A stretch of DNA of 64,000 nt from the NCBI GenBank assembly GCA_014728125.1, contig WJMD01000014.1:2202-66201 (forward strand). The letters are read 5' to 3'. The translations under genes and the position numbers were made by a program. Position 1 is the stretch's first letter. Each line of letters opens with the position of its first letter. Origin of the DNA: Candidatus Effluviviaceae Genus V sp. GTDB lineage: Bacteria > Joyebacterota > Joyebacteria > Joyebacterales > Joyebacteraceae. Positions 37,100-47,054 of this stretch are shown here, in pieces. The notes below the pieces were generated by a model. The model did not search any database. It was not told the origin of the DNA and saw only the letters and a list, made by a program, of their open reading frames with translations.

Positions 37100-37665
37100 G
37101 TGTCCGGGAGCGTATAGAGGAGCGGCGCGCCTACCGCTCGCTCGACCCGGTCGAGATCAGCGATGAGACGGTGCACGAGCTCGCCCGCTGCGCGGGCCTT
37201 GCCCCCTCGTGCTTCAACAAGCAGCCGTGGCGATACGTTTTCGCCCGGGGCGACGCGCTCGAACGGCTGAAGGAGTCGCTGAACGAGGGAAACGCCTGGG
37301 CGACGCGAGCCTCGATGATCGTCGCCGTGGTGAGCAGGGTCGACCTCGACTGCAGGGTCAGGGGGCGCGACTACTACCTGTTCGACACAGGGATGGCGAC
37401 GGCCTTCCTCATTCTGCGCGCGACCGAGCTCGGGCTCGTGGCGCACCCGATCGCCGGATACGACGAGGAGAAGGCGAGGGCGGTCCTCTCCATCCCGGAT
37501 GACATGACCGTCATAACGCTCGTGATCGTGGGGAAGCACGCCGACACGATACACGACCTTCTCTCAGAACAGCAGGCGGAGGCGGAGCCGGTCCGGCCCG
37601 AACGGATGCCCCTGGAGGCGTTCGCCTTCACGGGCGCGATGCCCGATCCGGAGAAGGACGCGTGA
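37096..37665 (+). CDS. Nitroreductase-family protein
   Basis: RRAYRSL ... PSCFNKQPWRYVF ... LVAHPIAGYD motifs. The ATG overlaps the korB stop. Confidence 0.7.
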   Translation: MSVRERIEERRAYRSLDPVEISDETVHELARCAGLAPSCFNKQPWRYVFARGDALERLKESLNEGNAWATRASMIVAVVSRVDLDCRVRGRDYYLFDTGMATAFLILRATELGLVAHPIAGYDEEKARAVLSIPDDMTVITLVIVGKHADTIHDLLSEQQAEAEPVRPERMPLEAFAFTGAMPDPEKDA

Positions 37666-37750
37666 CCGGCGGCGGAAGGGGCGCGCCGGCGCCCCCGACA
37701 GCGGGGACGGGTCGCATCGGCCCGCCCCGCGTGAACGAACAGGAGAGAGC

Positions 37751-38602
37751 ATGAGACGAACGACCATCGTCATCGCGGCCCTCGTGGTCCTCGGGGCGAC
37801 CGGTGCGCTTCAGGCGCTCCCGATCGTCGGGGCGAGCGCCAACACGCTTCCGGCGGGCGCCTTCATGATGGACACGTACTTCCTGTGGCGGGATTTCACC
37901 AGGGAGTACAACAACTCCCTCTACGGCACGGGGGACGGCGGCTGGATCGACCTGCCCGAGGAGCGCGGGCTCGCCTTCATCGACCTGACACCGAGGCTCT
38001 ACTACGGAGCCACCGACTGGCTGACGATCCGGGCGTCGCTTCCTCTCGCCGACCGCTACGTAAGGAACGACCAGGTGGAGGACACGAACACCGGACTGGG
38101 CGACATCGTCGTCGACCCGAAGCTCCGGGTCTACGAGAGCGAGGACCGGGCCGTTCGTCTCTCGCTTCTGACGGGTGTCCGCTTCCCGACGGGCGATACG
38201 GACGGAACGCCGCCGCTCTCCGACGGGTCGACCGGCTATCTCGCGGGCGCTGCCCTGACCCATCCCGCCGGGTGCATGACGGTTCACTGGTGCGGAACCT
38301 ACTGGCTGAACGGCGAGAAGGAGAACGGTGTCGACGGCACGGACCTCGGTATCGGGCTGCTCTCGATCGAGAACCCGGTGACGACGGACTGGACGCTGCT
38401 TCTCGAGTTCAAGGGCTACATGGGGTTCGAGGACGCTGATTTCACCCGTCTCTACGCCTGTCCGGGTGCTCAGTGGAACGGCGACCGGCTGACGCTCGGC
38501 GTCTCGACGATGATCTCCGTCGTCGGAGAGGGCTCGACGGCCGTGTCGACCGTCGACTTCGATTGGGCGCCCTACATCCGAGCGTACTACAGGTTCTTCT
38601 GA
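37751..38602 (+). CDS. Outer-membrane beta-barrel protein (MetA-pathway/putative transporter OMP-like)
   Basis: A signal peptide, alternating amphipathic beta-strand pattern, and an aromatic C-terminus YYRFF. Confidence 0.55.
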   Translation: MRRTTIVIAALVVLGATGALQALPIVGASANTLPAGAFMMDTYFLWRDFTREYNNSLYGTGDGGWIDLPEERGLAFIDLTPRLYYGATDWLTIRASLPLADRYVRNDQVEDTNTGLGDIVVDPKLRVYESEDRAVRLSLLTGVRFPTGDTDGTPPLSDGSTGYLAGAALTHPAGCMTVHWCGTYWLNGEKENGVDGTDLGIGLLSIENPVTTDWTLLLEFKGYMGFEDADFTRLYACPGAQWNGDRLTLGVSTMISVVGEGSTAVSTVDFDWAPYIRAYYRFF

Positions 38603-38639
38603 GAGGCGGGGCGGGCTGACCGCCGCCCGGGAGGAGACG

Positions 38640-38762
38640 ATGAACGGACCGTTCGGCATGCCGTGGCTCACATTCCTGGCCCTCGTCGTCATAGGGCTGA
38701 GCATCGCGTTGTCGGTCGCGTGGGCTGCGCGAGGAGTCGACGGGGAGGGCGGCGATGAGTAA
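38640..38762 (+). CDS. 40-aa single-TM micro-protein immediately upstream of, and overlapping, the symporter gene
   Basis: ATG 38640 with GGGAGGAG RBS. The product is MNGPFGMPWLTFLALVVIGLSIALSVAWAARGVDGEGGDE. Its stop overlaps the symporter ATG by 8 nt. Not in the ORF track because of length. Confidence 0.4.
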   Translation: MNGPFGMPWLTFLALVVIGLSIALSVAWAARGVDGEGGDE

Positions 38763-40251
38763 CGGGCTCGTCTACGGCATCGTCATGACGCTCTACCTCG
38801 TGCTCCTTGTCGTCATGGGGCTCTGGATGGGCAGGCGGACGCGGAGCGCAGAGGATTTCTACATCGGCGGGCGGCAGGTGGGCCCATGGGTGACGGCCTT
38901 CTCGTTCGTCGCCGCGTATTTCAGCTCGGTCGTCATCGTCGGAGGGGGCGCGTTTGGATACCGCTTCGGTCTCTCGACGATGTGGGTCGGCGCGATGAAC
39001 GTCCTGATCGGCTGCACTCTGGTCTGGATCATCCTCGGCCGCAGGCTCTGGCAGTTCACCAAGCGCCTCGACACGATGACGATCCCGGGGTTCATCGGCA
39101 AGCGCTACGGCGCGCGCGACGCGGAGGTCTTCTCGGCGGTCATCATCTTCGCATTCATGATCGTCTACAACGTGAGCGTCCTCGTCGGGATGGGCCGCAT
39201 CATGGAAGGACTCATGGGCATCGAGTACACGACCGCCGTGCTCGTTGCCGGGCTCATCATCCTCGTGTACGTCTCGATCGGCGGATACCTGGCCGTCGTG
39301 TGGACGAGCTTCATCCAGGCCTGGATCATGATCTTCGGTCTGCTCCTGCTGTTCTTCGCGACACTCCACGCCGTGGGAGGCCTGAGCATCGCCACGGAAG
39401 GGCTGGCGGCGATCGACTCCGGCTTCGTCGAAACACCCGGGGTCTGGGGGTGGAACGGCCTCATCTCGTTCGCCCTCATCGTGAGCCTCGGGGTCTGGGG
39501 CATGCCGCAGCTCCTCGTCCGCTTCTACTCGATGAAGAACCCGCGGGTCCTCAAACTCGGCACCGTGCTGGCGACGCTCGGCGGAGCGATGGCCGTCCTT
39601 CCCTATCTCACCGGCGCGATGAGTCGCCTCCTGCTGCCCGCGCTCGAGAACCCGGACCTGGCCATTCCCCTCCTGACCGAGCAGGTTCTCCCGCCGTGGG
39701 GAGGCGCCATTTTCCTCGCGGGCGTCATGGCGGCCGGCATGTCGACCTTCGCATCGGTGCTGATCATCGTGAGTGGGGCGATCGTCGAGGACCTTCGCGT
39801 CGGGAGGAAGGTCTACGGCGGCCACGAGAAGGACGGTCCGAAGGCCGCCCGGCGCGAGGTCATGTTCGGGCGGCTCGCGAGCCTCGTGGCCGGTCTCATC
39901 GCGCTGGTGATAGCTTACCGCCCGCCCGCGCTCATCCTGGTCATCACCGCGTTCTCGTGGGCCGTCATCGCGTCGGCCTGCCTCTGGCCGGTGGTGCTCG
40001 GCGTCTACTGGAAGCGCGCGACGAGGGCCGGCGCGACGGCGTCGATGGTCGTCGGGACCACGGTCGCCCTCGGGTGGATGATCGCTGAGCGGACGTCGGG
40101 GTTCGGCTGGGGTGTGCACGGGTTCATCCCGGGTGTCGGTTCGTCGCTCGTCGTCTTCGTACTGGTGAGCCTGGCGACGAAGCCGCCCGAGCGTTCGCAC
40201 GTGGCGTACGTGTGGGGTGAGAGCGAGAGGAGCGGAGGTTCGGGCGCTTGA
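38755..40251 (+). CDS. Sodium:solute symporter family (SSF) transporter
   Basis: About 13 TM helices with SSF signature regions (FYIGGRQVGPWVTAFSFVAAYFS, GGAIFLAGVMAAGMST). Confidence 0.85.
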   Translation: MSNGLVYGIVMTLYLVLLVVMGLWMGRRTRSAEDFYIGGRQVGPWVTAFSFVAAYFSSVVIVGGGAFGYRFGLSTMWVGAMNVLIGCTLVWIILGRRLWQFTKRLDTMTIPGFIGKRYGARDAEVFSAVIIFAFMIVYNVSVLVGMGRIMEGLMGIEYTTAVLVAGLIILVYVSIGGYLAVVWTSFIQAWIMIFGLLLLFFATLHAVGGLSIATEGLAAIDSGFVETPGVWGWNGLISFALIVSLGVWGMPQLLVRFYSMKNPRVLKLGTVLATLGGAMAVLPYLTGAMSRLLLPALENPDLAIPLLTEQVLPPWGGAIFLAGVMAAGMSTFASVLIIVSGAIVEDLRVGRKVYGGHEKDGPKAARREVMFGRLASLVAGLIALVIAYRPPALILVITAFSWAVIASACLWPVVLGVYWKRATRAGATASMVVGTTVALGWMIAERTSGFGWGVHGFIPGVGSSLVVFVLVSLATKPPERSHVAYVWGESERSGGSGA

Positions 40252-40772
40252 AGAGAGACGACGCACCGGAACGTGAGCCGGAACGCGAGAGAAGCGGGTT
40301 CAGAGGACAGCCGCTCGGGCTCAAGCTGCTGCTCTTCGCGAGCCTGATCGCGATCGTCGTCGGCGTCGTGCGGTGTTCGCTCGAGCTGACGACACCGCTT
40401 CCACCGGTCGAGCGCGTCGGCGTGTCGGTCGCTTCAGACTCGTCGCTTCCGGACACTCTGAGACGCTCGATGGCCGCCCGGTTCGCACGAGAGCTCGCGG
40501 CGGCCGGGTCGCTGAACGTCGAGCTGACCGGAGCGGACGCGGCCGGGTACGACGCGCTGGCGGTGGTGCGGTCGGAGCCGCGCGATGGAGGATTGGCGGT
40601 TATCGCCGAGCTGAGCGACGTGAGAGCCCGGCGGTATCTGGGAGTGGCCGAGGCGGTCGGTCCGGAGGGCATGGTCGGCGACGTGGCGGCCCTCGCTGCG
40701 CAGCGGGCGGCTCCGATACTGGAGCTGGGGCGCCGAGTGGAGAACGAGGAAGCGGGGGAGAAGGGCGACTGA
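40248..40772 (+). CDS. Hypothetical membrane-anchored protein
   Basis: A single TM helix (LKLLLFASLIAIVVGVV). It overlaps both neighbouring genes. The start is uncertain. Confidence 0.3.
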   Translation: MKRDDAPEREPERERSGFRGQPLGLKLLLFASLIAIVVGVVRCSLELTTPLPPVERVGVSVASDSSLPDTLRRSMAARFARELAAAGSLNVELTGADAAGYDALAVVRSEPRDGGLAVIAELSDVRARRYLGVAEAVGPEGMVGDVAALAAQRAAPILELGRRVENEEAGEKGD

Positions 40773-41650
40773 TGCGCAGGCTGGGCCGCAGGGTGAGACA
40801 GCGCGGACTCTCGTGGACGCGGCCCCTCAGAAGATTGAGCGGGCGCAGCTACGGGAAGCTCGTCGACTACCACATTCATACCCACCTGTGCGGGCACGCG
40901 GTCGGCGTGCCGGTCGATTACGTCCGGTCCGCCCGCGCGCTCGGTCTCTCCGAGATCGGGTTCTCCGACCACATGCCACTCCTCAGAACGCGCGACGAGC
41001 ATCTGACGATGGCCCCCGAGGATCTGCCGGTCTACGTTGATCTCGTACGCGACATCCAGACCTCGGCCCAGGAACTCACGGTGCGTCTCGGCATCGAGAT
41101 GGACTACATCCCCGGGCAGATGGACGAGATCCATGCAGAGGCCGAGCCGTTCGGCTTCGATTACGTCATCGGCTCGGTCCACTCGCTGGGCGGGTGGGAC
41201 CTGAGCGACAGCCGCTACCTGAGCTCCTGGAAGGGGAAGGACCCGGACGAGGTCTTCCCGAGATACTTCGAGGCCTTCGTCGAGGCCGTCGAGGAGGGCG
41301 GCTTCGACTTCATGGCGCATCCCGACCTTGTGAAGAAGCACGGCATCCTCCCGAGACGGCCGATGACGCGGTGGTACGAGCTTGCGGCGGGTGCGCTGGC
41401 CGCCAACGACGTCGCCATCGAGATCAACACCTCCGGCATCAGGAAGCGGATCGGCGAACCGTACCCGACCCTTGCCTTCCTCGCCGCCTGCGTGGAGGCC
41501 GGCGTGGCCGTCACGCTCGGATCCGACGCACACGCTCCGGGGCAGGTCGGCATGGACTTCGATGTCGCGCTCAGGCTCCTGAGAAGGGCCGGGATCACGG
41601 AGATCGCGACGTTCGACGGTCGGCGGCGCGGTTCGCGCGTCCTTCCTTGA
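40772..41650 (+). CDS. PHP-domain histidinol-phosphatase family protein (HisJ/HisK-like)
   Basis: DYHIHTHLCGHA N-terminal metal motif and downstream His/Asp ligands (GSVHSLGGWD, MAHPDL, LGSDAH). The ATG overlaps the upstream stop (TGATG). Confidence 0.75.
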   Translation: MRRLGRRVRQRGLSWTRPLRRLSGRSYGKLVDYHIHTHLCGHAVGVPVDYVRSARALGLSEIGFSDHMPLLRTRDEHLTMAPEDLPVYVDLVRDIQTSAQELTVRLGIEMDYIPGQMDEIHAEAEPFGFDYVIGSVHSLGGWDLSDSRYLSSWKGKDPDEVFPRYFEAFVEAVEEGGFDFMAHPDLVKKHGILPRRPMTRWYELAAGALAANDVAIEINTSGIRKRIGEPYPTLAFLAACVEAGVAVTLGSDAHAPGQVGMDFDVALRLLRRAGITEIATFDGRRRGSRVLP

Positions 41651-41767
41651 CAGGCCGCCGGACCGGGTGTAGCCTCTCCCGAACCGGCTACCGACGGTTT
41701 CTTGAAACGCGCTGCCCCGCCTGACCGGTGCTCGAACCGCACGTGACGGGCCGGTCGTCTCCCATCA

Positions 41768-43180
41768 ATGACCAGAGCGAGTGCTATGAACGAGACTCAC
41801 GATGTTCAGGCGGCGCAGCCGCTGAATCCTCTCGCGGCGTTCACGCTCGTGCTCGTCTTCCCCCGGAGGACGTTCGAGCGTCTCATGGAGCGGCCCCACT
41901 GGATCCTGCCGCTCATCTTCGTAATCCTCTCGTCCATGATGTCGTCCGTCTACGCCTTCAAGGGCGGTTTCATGGAGTCGTACCTCGAGTCGGCCGCTCT
42001 GAGGACCGGGTTCAGCCCGGTGGAGATCGAGTCGGGGTTCGTCGCCGCCGCCGTCCTCATGTCGGTGGTGGCGGTCCCGATCATCCTGTGCATCGAGGCG
42101 CTGTTCCTGAGGCTCACGGCGCTCGCCTTCGGCGGCAGGGCGAGCTTCCGACGTGTCTTCTCGGTCGTGACGCACGCGTCGGTGCCGGTCGGCATCGGCT
42201 CGGTCCTCTTCGCCGTCCTGCTGCCTCTGACGCGGTCCCCGCAGGCGGGCGCGAACCTGGCCTTCCTCGTCGACGGGACGGCGCACTCGTTCCTGTGGGG
42301 TCTGGCGCGACAGATCGACCTTTTCTCGATATGGTTCTTCATCCTGCTGGCGATCGGCGCGGAGCCGCTCTTCGACCTGCCCAGAGGGAAGGCGCGAAGG
42401 ACCGTGCTCGTCTTCGCCGTGGCCTACGTCCTCTTGATGGCGTGGTGGGGCGGCGGCGGAGCCGGGACCTTCGACGACCCCTTGAGCGACTGGCAGAGCG
42501 CCGAGACGAGCGTCGGGACGCTCCACCACGACGGGCTGCCCGCGGAGACAGTGCGACAGGCGACGTCGGCGCTGGCGCGAGCGGTCGCCCTGTCCGACAG
42601 CGCGCTGGGGGCGCGCAGCACGCCGCGAATAGCCTGCTATGTCTATCCGTCAATCGAGCGGAAGCGCCTCATCACGGACAATCGCGAGGTGGCTCACGCG
42701 TCACCCTGGGCCGACGCGGTGCACGTCGCGTGGGTCGAGGGGGCGCCCGTGGCGCTGACGCGCGCGGTGACGAAGGTGGCTGGTGCGGCTCAGCCGACGA
42801 ACGTGTATAATCCGTTCGTCAGAACCGGCACGGCGGTGTTCGCGTCGGGGACGTGGGGAGGCCTCTCCGTCCGCGACGCGGCCGCGGGCCTCGAGGCGCG
42901 CGGGTCGCTCCCGCGGCTCGAGCAGCTGGTCGATCCGGCGCAGTACGCGGCGGTCGACCCGACGCGGTCGGAGCCGGCCGCCGGCGCTTTCATGGCGTGG
43001 GTCGCGGAGAAGCGGGGTCTCGACGCGCTTCGAGCCCTGCTCTCGTCGTCCGAGAGGAACCCGAGCGACCTCGGCAGGGTGCTCGAGGATACCTTTGCCG
43101 ACTCGCTCGGCGGGATCGAAGCGCGCTTCCGCGAGTACCTGTCGGCTGAGCCGGATACATCGAACACGGGAGAGGAGTAG
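41768..43180 (+). CDS. Yip1-domain integral membrane protein with C-terminal soluble domain
   Basis: Five TM helices typical of Yip1 (WILPLIFVILSSMMSSVYAF ...) and an alpha-rich C-terminal half. ATG 41786 is an alternative start. Confidence 0.5.
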   Translation: MTRASAMNETHDVQAAQPLNPLAAFTLVLVFPRRTFERLMERPHWILPLIFVILSSMMSSVYAFKGGFMESYLESAALRTGFSPVEIESGFVAAAVLMSVVAVPIILCIEALFLRLTALAFGGRASFRRVFSVVTHASVPVGIGSVLFAVLLPLTRSPQAGANLAFLVDGTAHSFLWGLARQIDLFSIWFFILLAIGAEPLFDLPRGKARRTVLVFAVAYVLLMAWWGGGGAGTFDDPLSDWQSAETSVGTLHHDGLPAETVRQATSALARAVALSDSALGARSTPRIACYVYPSIERKRLITDNREVAHASPWADAVHVAWVEGAPVALTRAVTKVAGAAQPTNVYNPFVRTGTAVFASGTWGGLSVRDAAAGLEARGSLPRLEQLVDPAQYAAVDPTRSEPAAGAFMAWVAEKRGLDALRALLSSSERNPSDLGRVLEDTFADSLGGIEARFREYLSAEPDTSNTGEE

Positions 43181-43185
43181 CGTTC

Positions 43186-43869
43186 GTGGACACCGGATTC
43201 CTCACCAGCGTACAGCAGTCCGGCCTTGTCGGGCAGATCATCATCGTCGCGCTCTTCGCGGTGTCGGTCTACTCCTGGGCCGTCATCTTCTATAAGGGCG
43301 CGTCGCTCAAGCGGGCGCTCAGGCGCTCGGAGGAGTTTCTTGCGAGGTTCCGCGAGGACCCGGACGCGATGATCAGCCACTACGCGGACCGCCAGCGCTT
43401 CACCCCTTCGCCGTTCGCCTCCGTCTTCGAGGGCGGCCTCGACGAACTCGCGCTCCTCATGCGGCGCGGGAGAGCGGAAGCGGGGAGGACGCTGACGATG
43501 GCTGAGATCGACAGTGTAGAGCGCAGCCTCGAGCGCGCCATCGCCGAGGAGGTCATCGAGCTCAGACGGAATCTCATCGCGCTGGCGACCACCGCGGGCG
43601 GCGCCCCGTTCGTCGGGCTCTTCGGCACGGTGTGGGGTATCATGAAGGCCTTCGCCGCGATGTCGGTCACGGGCTCGGCGAGCATCTCGAGCGTGGCACC
43701 CGGCGTGTCGGCGGCGCTCACGACGACGGTCGCCGGCCTCGCGGTGGCGATACCCGCTCTCGTCGGTTACAACTATCTCATGAACCGTGTGCGGCATCTG
43801 ACCATCCGGATGGAGAACTTCTCATCGGAGTTCCTTTCGGTCGTGGAACGGAACTTCGGATCGAGCTGA
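43186..43869 (+). CDS. tolQ: TolQ/ExbB-type proton-channel protein
   Basis: MotA/TolQ/ExbB signature TTAGGAPFVGLFGTVWGIM and 3 TM helices. GAGAGGAG RBS. Confidence 0.85.
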   Translation: MDTGFLTSVQQSGLVGQIIIVALFAVSVYSWAVIFYKGASLKRALRRSEEFLARFREDPDAMISHYADRQRFTPSPFASVFEGGLDELALLMRRGRAEAGRTLTMAEIDSVERSLERAIAEEVIELRRNLIALATTAGGAPFVGLFGTVWGIMKAFAAMSVTGSASISSVAPGVSAALTTTVAGLAVAIPALVGYNYLMNRVRHLTIRMENFSSEFLSVVERNFGSS

Positions 43870-43888
43870 TCGGGGAGCGGGTGAAGGT

Positions 43889-44299
43889 ATGCCGAGACGG
43901 CGGAAGCGCCAGTTCGATCTAGAACTTGTGAGCGACATCAACGTGACGTCGCTGGTCGACGTCATGATGACGCTGCTCATCATCTTCATCATCGTCGCCC
44001 CGATGATCGAACAGGGCATCGACGTGACGCTTCCGAGCGCCGACCCGAAGCGGATCGACGTCAGCGAGGTGGTCTCGGTGCTCGTGACGGAGAACGAGCG
44101 CGTCTATCTCGAGGGTCAGCGCGTGACGCTCGAGGAGCTCGAGGACAGACTCTCCAGCATACACGCCGCACGACCCGAGACGCCGGTGCTCGTCAAGGCG
44201 GACACCGATCTGGTCTACGGACGCGTGATCGACGTGCTGAACGCGGTCCGGGGGGCGGGCATCACAAGGCTGGCGATGGCGACGAAGCCGAGGGAGTGA
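43889..44299 (+). CDS. tolR: TolR/ExbD biopolymer transport protein
   Basis: DINVTSLVDVMMTLLIIFII TM helix with the conserved Asp. Confidence 0.85.
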   Translation: MPRRRKRQFDLELVSDINVTSLVDVMMTLLIIFIIVAPMIEQGIDVTLPSADPKRIDVSEVVSVLVTENERVYLEGQRVTLEELEDRLSSIHAARPETPVLVKADTDLVYGRVIDVLNAVRGAGITRLAMATKPRE

Positions 44300-44362
44300 C
44301 GGGTTTCGGACGGCGGCTTGTCTGGAAGGACGATGGGACCGAGGGGCGACAATGGAGCGGGA

Positions 44363-45076
44363 ATGACGCGCGTTATCGTGATATCGGCCATCGTGCACGT
44401 CGTCCTCGTGGTGCTTCTGCCGTTCGCCCCGAGACTGACGCGCGCCCCCGAGCCGGCCTACGACGTTTACTCGGTCGAGCTCGTCGAGGTCGTAGAATCC
44501 GCGCCGGCGCCGGCGGTCGAGCAGACGGTAGAGCCGCCTCCGGAGGAGGAGCCCGTCGTCGAGGAGGAGGCCCCGTCCGAGGAGCCGGAGATCCCGGAGG
44601 AGCCGGTACGGCGGTCGCGGCGCATCGTCACGACGCCTCCGCCGCGGCAGGAGCGGAGCCTGGCCGAACGACTGGCCGACCGGCTCGGCGACGACGAGGA
44701 GAGGGAGCCTGCAGCTGCATCTGCCGAGGAGCCCGTGCCGGAGCAGACGCCTACGGCGAGCACCACCGTCTCGGCCTCGCGTTTCCCGTATGCCTGGTAC
44801 CTGTCGATCGTGCAGGGGAAGGTGAAGTCGAACTGGAGGCAGCCGGGGGGTCTTCTTTTCGGGGAGCGAGAGCTCAAGGCTGTGGTATCTTTCAGGATAC
44901 GCCGGGACGGGACCGTCGGTCCCGTCACCGTGCGACGCTCGTCCGGAAGAGCGACGCTCGATCAGTCGGCGGCCAGGGCCGTCCAGGCATCAACGCCTTT
45001 CCCTCCGCTTCCGGACGACTACCGCGAGGATCATCTCGACGTGACGATCGACTTCGCGGTCACAAGGAACAACTAG
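44363..45076 (+). CDS. tolA: TolA/TonB-family energy transducer (N-terminal TM, Pro/Glu-rich linker, TonB_C domain)
   Basis: TM helix VIVISAIVHVVLVVLL. The linker is rich in P, E and A. The C-terminus YPYAWYLSIVQGKV ... GTVGPVTVRRSSG matches the TonB C-terminal fold. Confidence 0.65.
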   Translation: MTRVIVISAIVHVVLVVLLPFAPRLTRAPEPAYDVYSVELVEVVESAPAPAVEQTVEPPPEEEPVVEEEAPSEEPEIPEEPVRRSRRIVTTPPPRQERSLAERLADRLGDDEEREPAAASAEEPVPEQTPTASTTVSASRFPYAWYLSIVQGKVKSNWRQPGGLLFGERELKAVVSFRIRRDGTVGPVTVRRSSGRATLDQSAARAVQASTPFPPLPDDYREDHLDVTIDFAVTRNN

Positions 45077-45119
45077 AACCGTGCCCGCGACGGACCGTGG
45101 ACTGCGAAAGGAAGAACGC

Positions 45120-46454
45120 GTGACCAACGCATTCGGAGGACGCACGACACGAGGCGCGGCAAGGACCTCTCTCGCAGCGGCGCTGCTCCTCCTTCTCACC
45201 CCGGCGGCCCTCTGGGCCCCCGAGGTCAGACTGAGCGTCCAGAAGGGATTCGGCGAGAAGGTCGTCATCGCGCTCCCGCTGTTCACGGGAGAGGGGCGGG
45301 GCGGCATCGACCCGGCAGGGGTCCGGGACGTCCTCGGCTTCGACCTGGCGAACTCCGGCTACTTCAGCCTCGTCGAGAACACTGAGTTCGTCGACGATGT
45401 CGAGAGCGACGACCGCGCCACGGGCGACATCGACTTTCCGGAGTGGGTAGCGATCGGTGCCGAGGTTCTCGTCAAGGGGAGCATCGACGTCGGACTCACA
45501 GAGTTCCGGGTCGAGGCGTCGGTCTACGATCTCGCCCGGGGACAGCCTATCTTCGGCCGCCGCTATACGGGGGAGCCGGATCGGTGGCGTCGGGCCGTCC
45601 ACAGACTCTCGGACGACATCGTCCGCCAGCTGACCGGAGAGCCGGGCGTGGCGTCGACGCAGATCGCCTACGTATCCAACGAGACGGGGACGAAGGTGAT
45701 CTACGTGATGGACTACGACGGCGCCAACCAGCGGCGAGTGACGCGCGACGGAACACTGTCTATCTACCCGGACTGGTTCCCCGGGGGGGAGGCCGTCATC
45801 TGCACGCGGTTTCGCGGCAAGCGGCAGGAGACCTATCGCGCGGACGTGTCGAGCGGCGCGCTCGATGTCGTGACGTCGTTCCCGGGGCTCAACGCCTTCC
45901 CGGCGGTCTCGCCCGACGGAGATGAGATCGCCCTCTCGCTGTCGCGAGACGGCAACACCGAGATCTACCGGGTCCGTGCCGACGGAACGAGCCCGAGGCG
46001 TCTGACCTTCGGCCGGAGTACCGAGTCGTCCCCGCGGTGGTCGCCCGACGGGAGACGCATCGTGTTCGTTTCGGACCGGGCGGGAACGCCGCAGCTCTAC
46101 ACGATGAGCGCCAACGGCGGCAGTCCCGACCGCCTGACGTATCGTGGTTCGTACAACACGTCGCCCGACTGGTCGCCGAAGGGCGACCTCGTAGCGTACA
46201 CGTCGAGGGTGGAGGGGGTGTTCCAGATCTGCACGGTCGACGTTGAGACCAAGGAGGTCGTCAGGATCACGGCGGGCCCCGGGCACAAGGAGGACCCGTC
46301 GTGGGGTCCGGACGGGCGGCATGTCGTCTACAGCATGACGTCCGGCGGGAGCGCGGATCTCTACATGATCGACATCTATGATCTTGAACCGGTGAAGCTC
46401 ACGAGTGGAACGAGTGACTATTCGAGTCCGGCGTGGTCGGGCAGGCTTGAGTAA
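45120..46454 (+). CDS. tolB: TolB beta-propeller periplasmic protein
   Basis: Signal peptide, then the TolB N-terminal domain and repeated PD40-like blades (SPDGDEIALS, SPRWSPDGRRIVFVSDRAG, SPDWSPKGDLVAYTS). GTG 45120 with AAGGAAG RBS. Confidence 0.85.
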   Translation: MTNAFGGRTTRGAARTSLAAALLLLLTPAALWAPEVRLSVQKGFGEKVVIALPLFTGEGRGGIDPAGVRDVLGFDLANSGYFSLVENTEFVDDVESDDRATGDIDFPEWVAIGAEVLVKGSIDVGLTEFRVEASVYDLARGQPIFGRRYTGEPDRWRRAVHRLSDDIVRQLTGEPGVASTQIAYVSNETGTKVIYVMDYDGANQRRVTRDGTLSIYPDWFPGGEAVICTRFRGKRQETYRADVSSGALDVVTSFPGLNAFPAVSPDGDEIALSLSRDGNTEIYRVRADGTSPRRLTFGRSTESSPRWSPDGRRIVFVSDRAGTPQLYTMSANGGSPDRLTYRGSYNTSPDWSPKGDLVAYTSRVEGVFQICTVDVETKEVVRITAGPGHKEDPSWGPDGRHVVYSMTSGGSADLYMIDIYDLEPVKLTSGTSDYSSPAWSGRLE

Positions 46455-46487
46455 GGGGACCTGAGAGCCCTCTTAAGGAGGAGAGCG

Positions 46488-47024
46488 ATGCGGAGGTTCT
46501 TTGGAGTTCTTGTTGTGGCCGCTCTTGCGGCGGCGCTGGTGCTGACGATGGCGGGATGTGGGTCGAAGCCTGAGGTGGAGACGGACGTGACGGACATGGG
46601 GGAGACGGAGGACGATACCTCGGCGCTGACCGGTGAGGACATTCCTCTCTCGGAGACGCCCGATGACATCGTCTACGTCGAGCCGACGAATCCCGAGTTC
46701 CAGAACATCCACTTCGAGTTCGACCGGTACGTCATCCGCGACGTCGACAAGCCGACGCTGGAGCGTATTTCCGGCTGGATGCAGGACCACGAGGGTACGT
46801 ATCTGCTGATCGAGGGACACTGCGACGAGCGGGGCACGAACGAGTACAATATGGCGCTGGGCGAGCAGCGGGCGCTCGCTGCGCGCCGCTACCTTGTTGG
46901 CCTCGGCGTCGACGCCGGCCGCATCACCACCGTCAGCTACGGCGAGGAGCGTCCGATCGATCCGAGGAGCACTGAGGAGGCCTGGGCGAAGAACCGCCGG
47001 GCGCACTTCAACATCTCCCAGTAG
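46488..47024 (+). CDS. pal: Peptidoglycan-associated lipoprotein Pal (OmpA-like domain)
   Basis: Lipobox LTMAGC. OmpA-C motifs FEFDRYVIRD ... LLIEGHCDERGTNEYNMALGEQRALAARRYL. Confidence 0.85.
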   Translation: MRRFFGVLVVAALAAALVLTMAGCGSKPEVETDVTDMGETEDDTSALTGEDIPLSETPDDIVYVEPTNPEFQNIHFEFDRYVIRDVDKPTLERISGWMQDHEGTYLLIEGHCDERGTNEYNMALGEQRALAARRYLVGLGVDAGRITTVSYGEERPIDPRSTEEAWAKNRRAHFNISQ

Positions 47025-47054
47025 CCTCGAACGACGCTCGAGCGGGAGGTTACC

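Noticed and set aside
37666-37750. GGGGCGCGCCGGCGCCCC hairpin after the nitroreductase gene as a terminator
   Set aside because: It has a GC stem but no downstream U-tract, and the sequence is essentially a GC palindrome. It is too weak to call.
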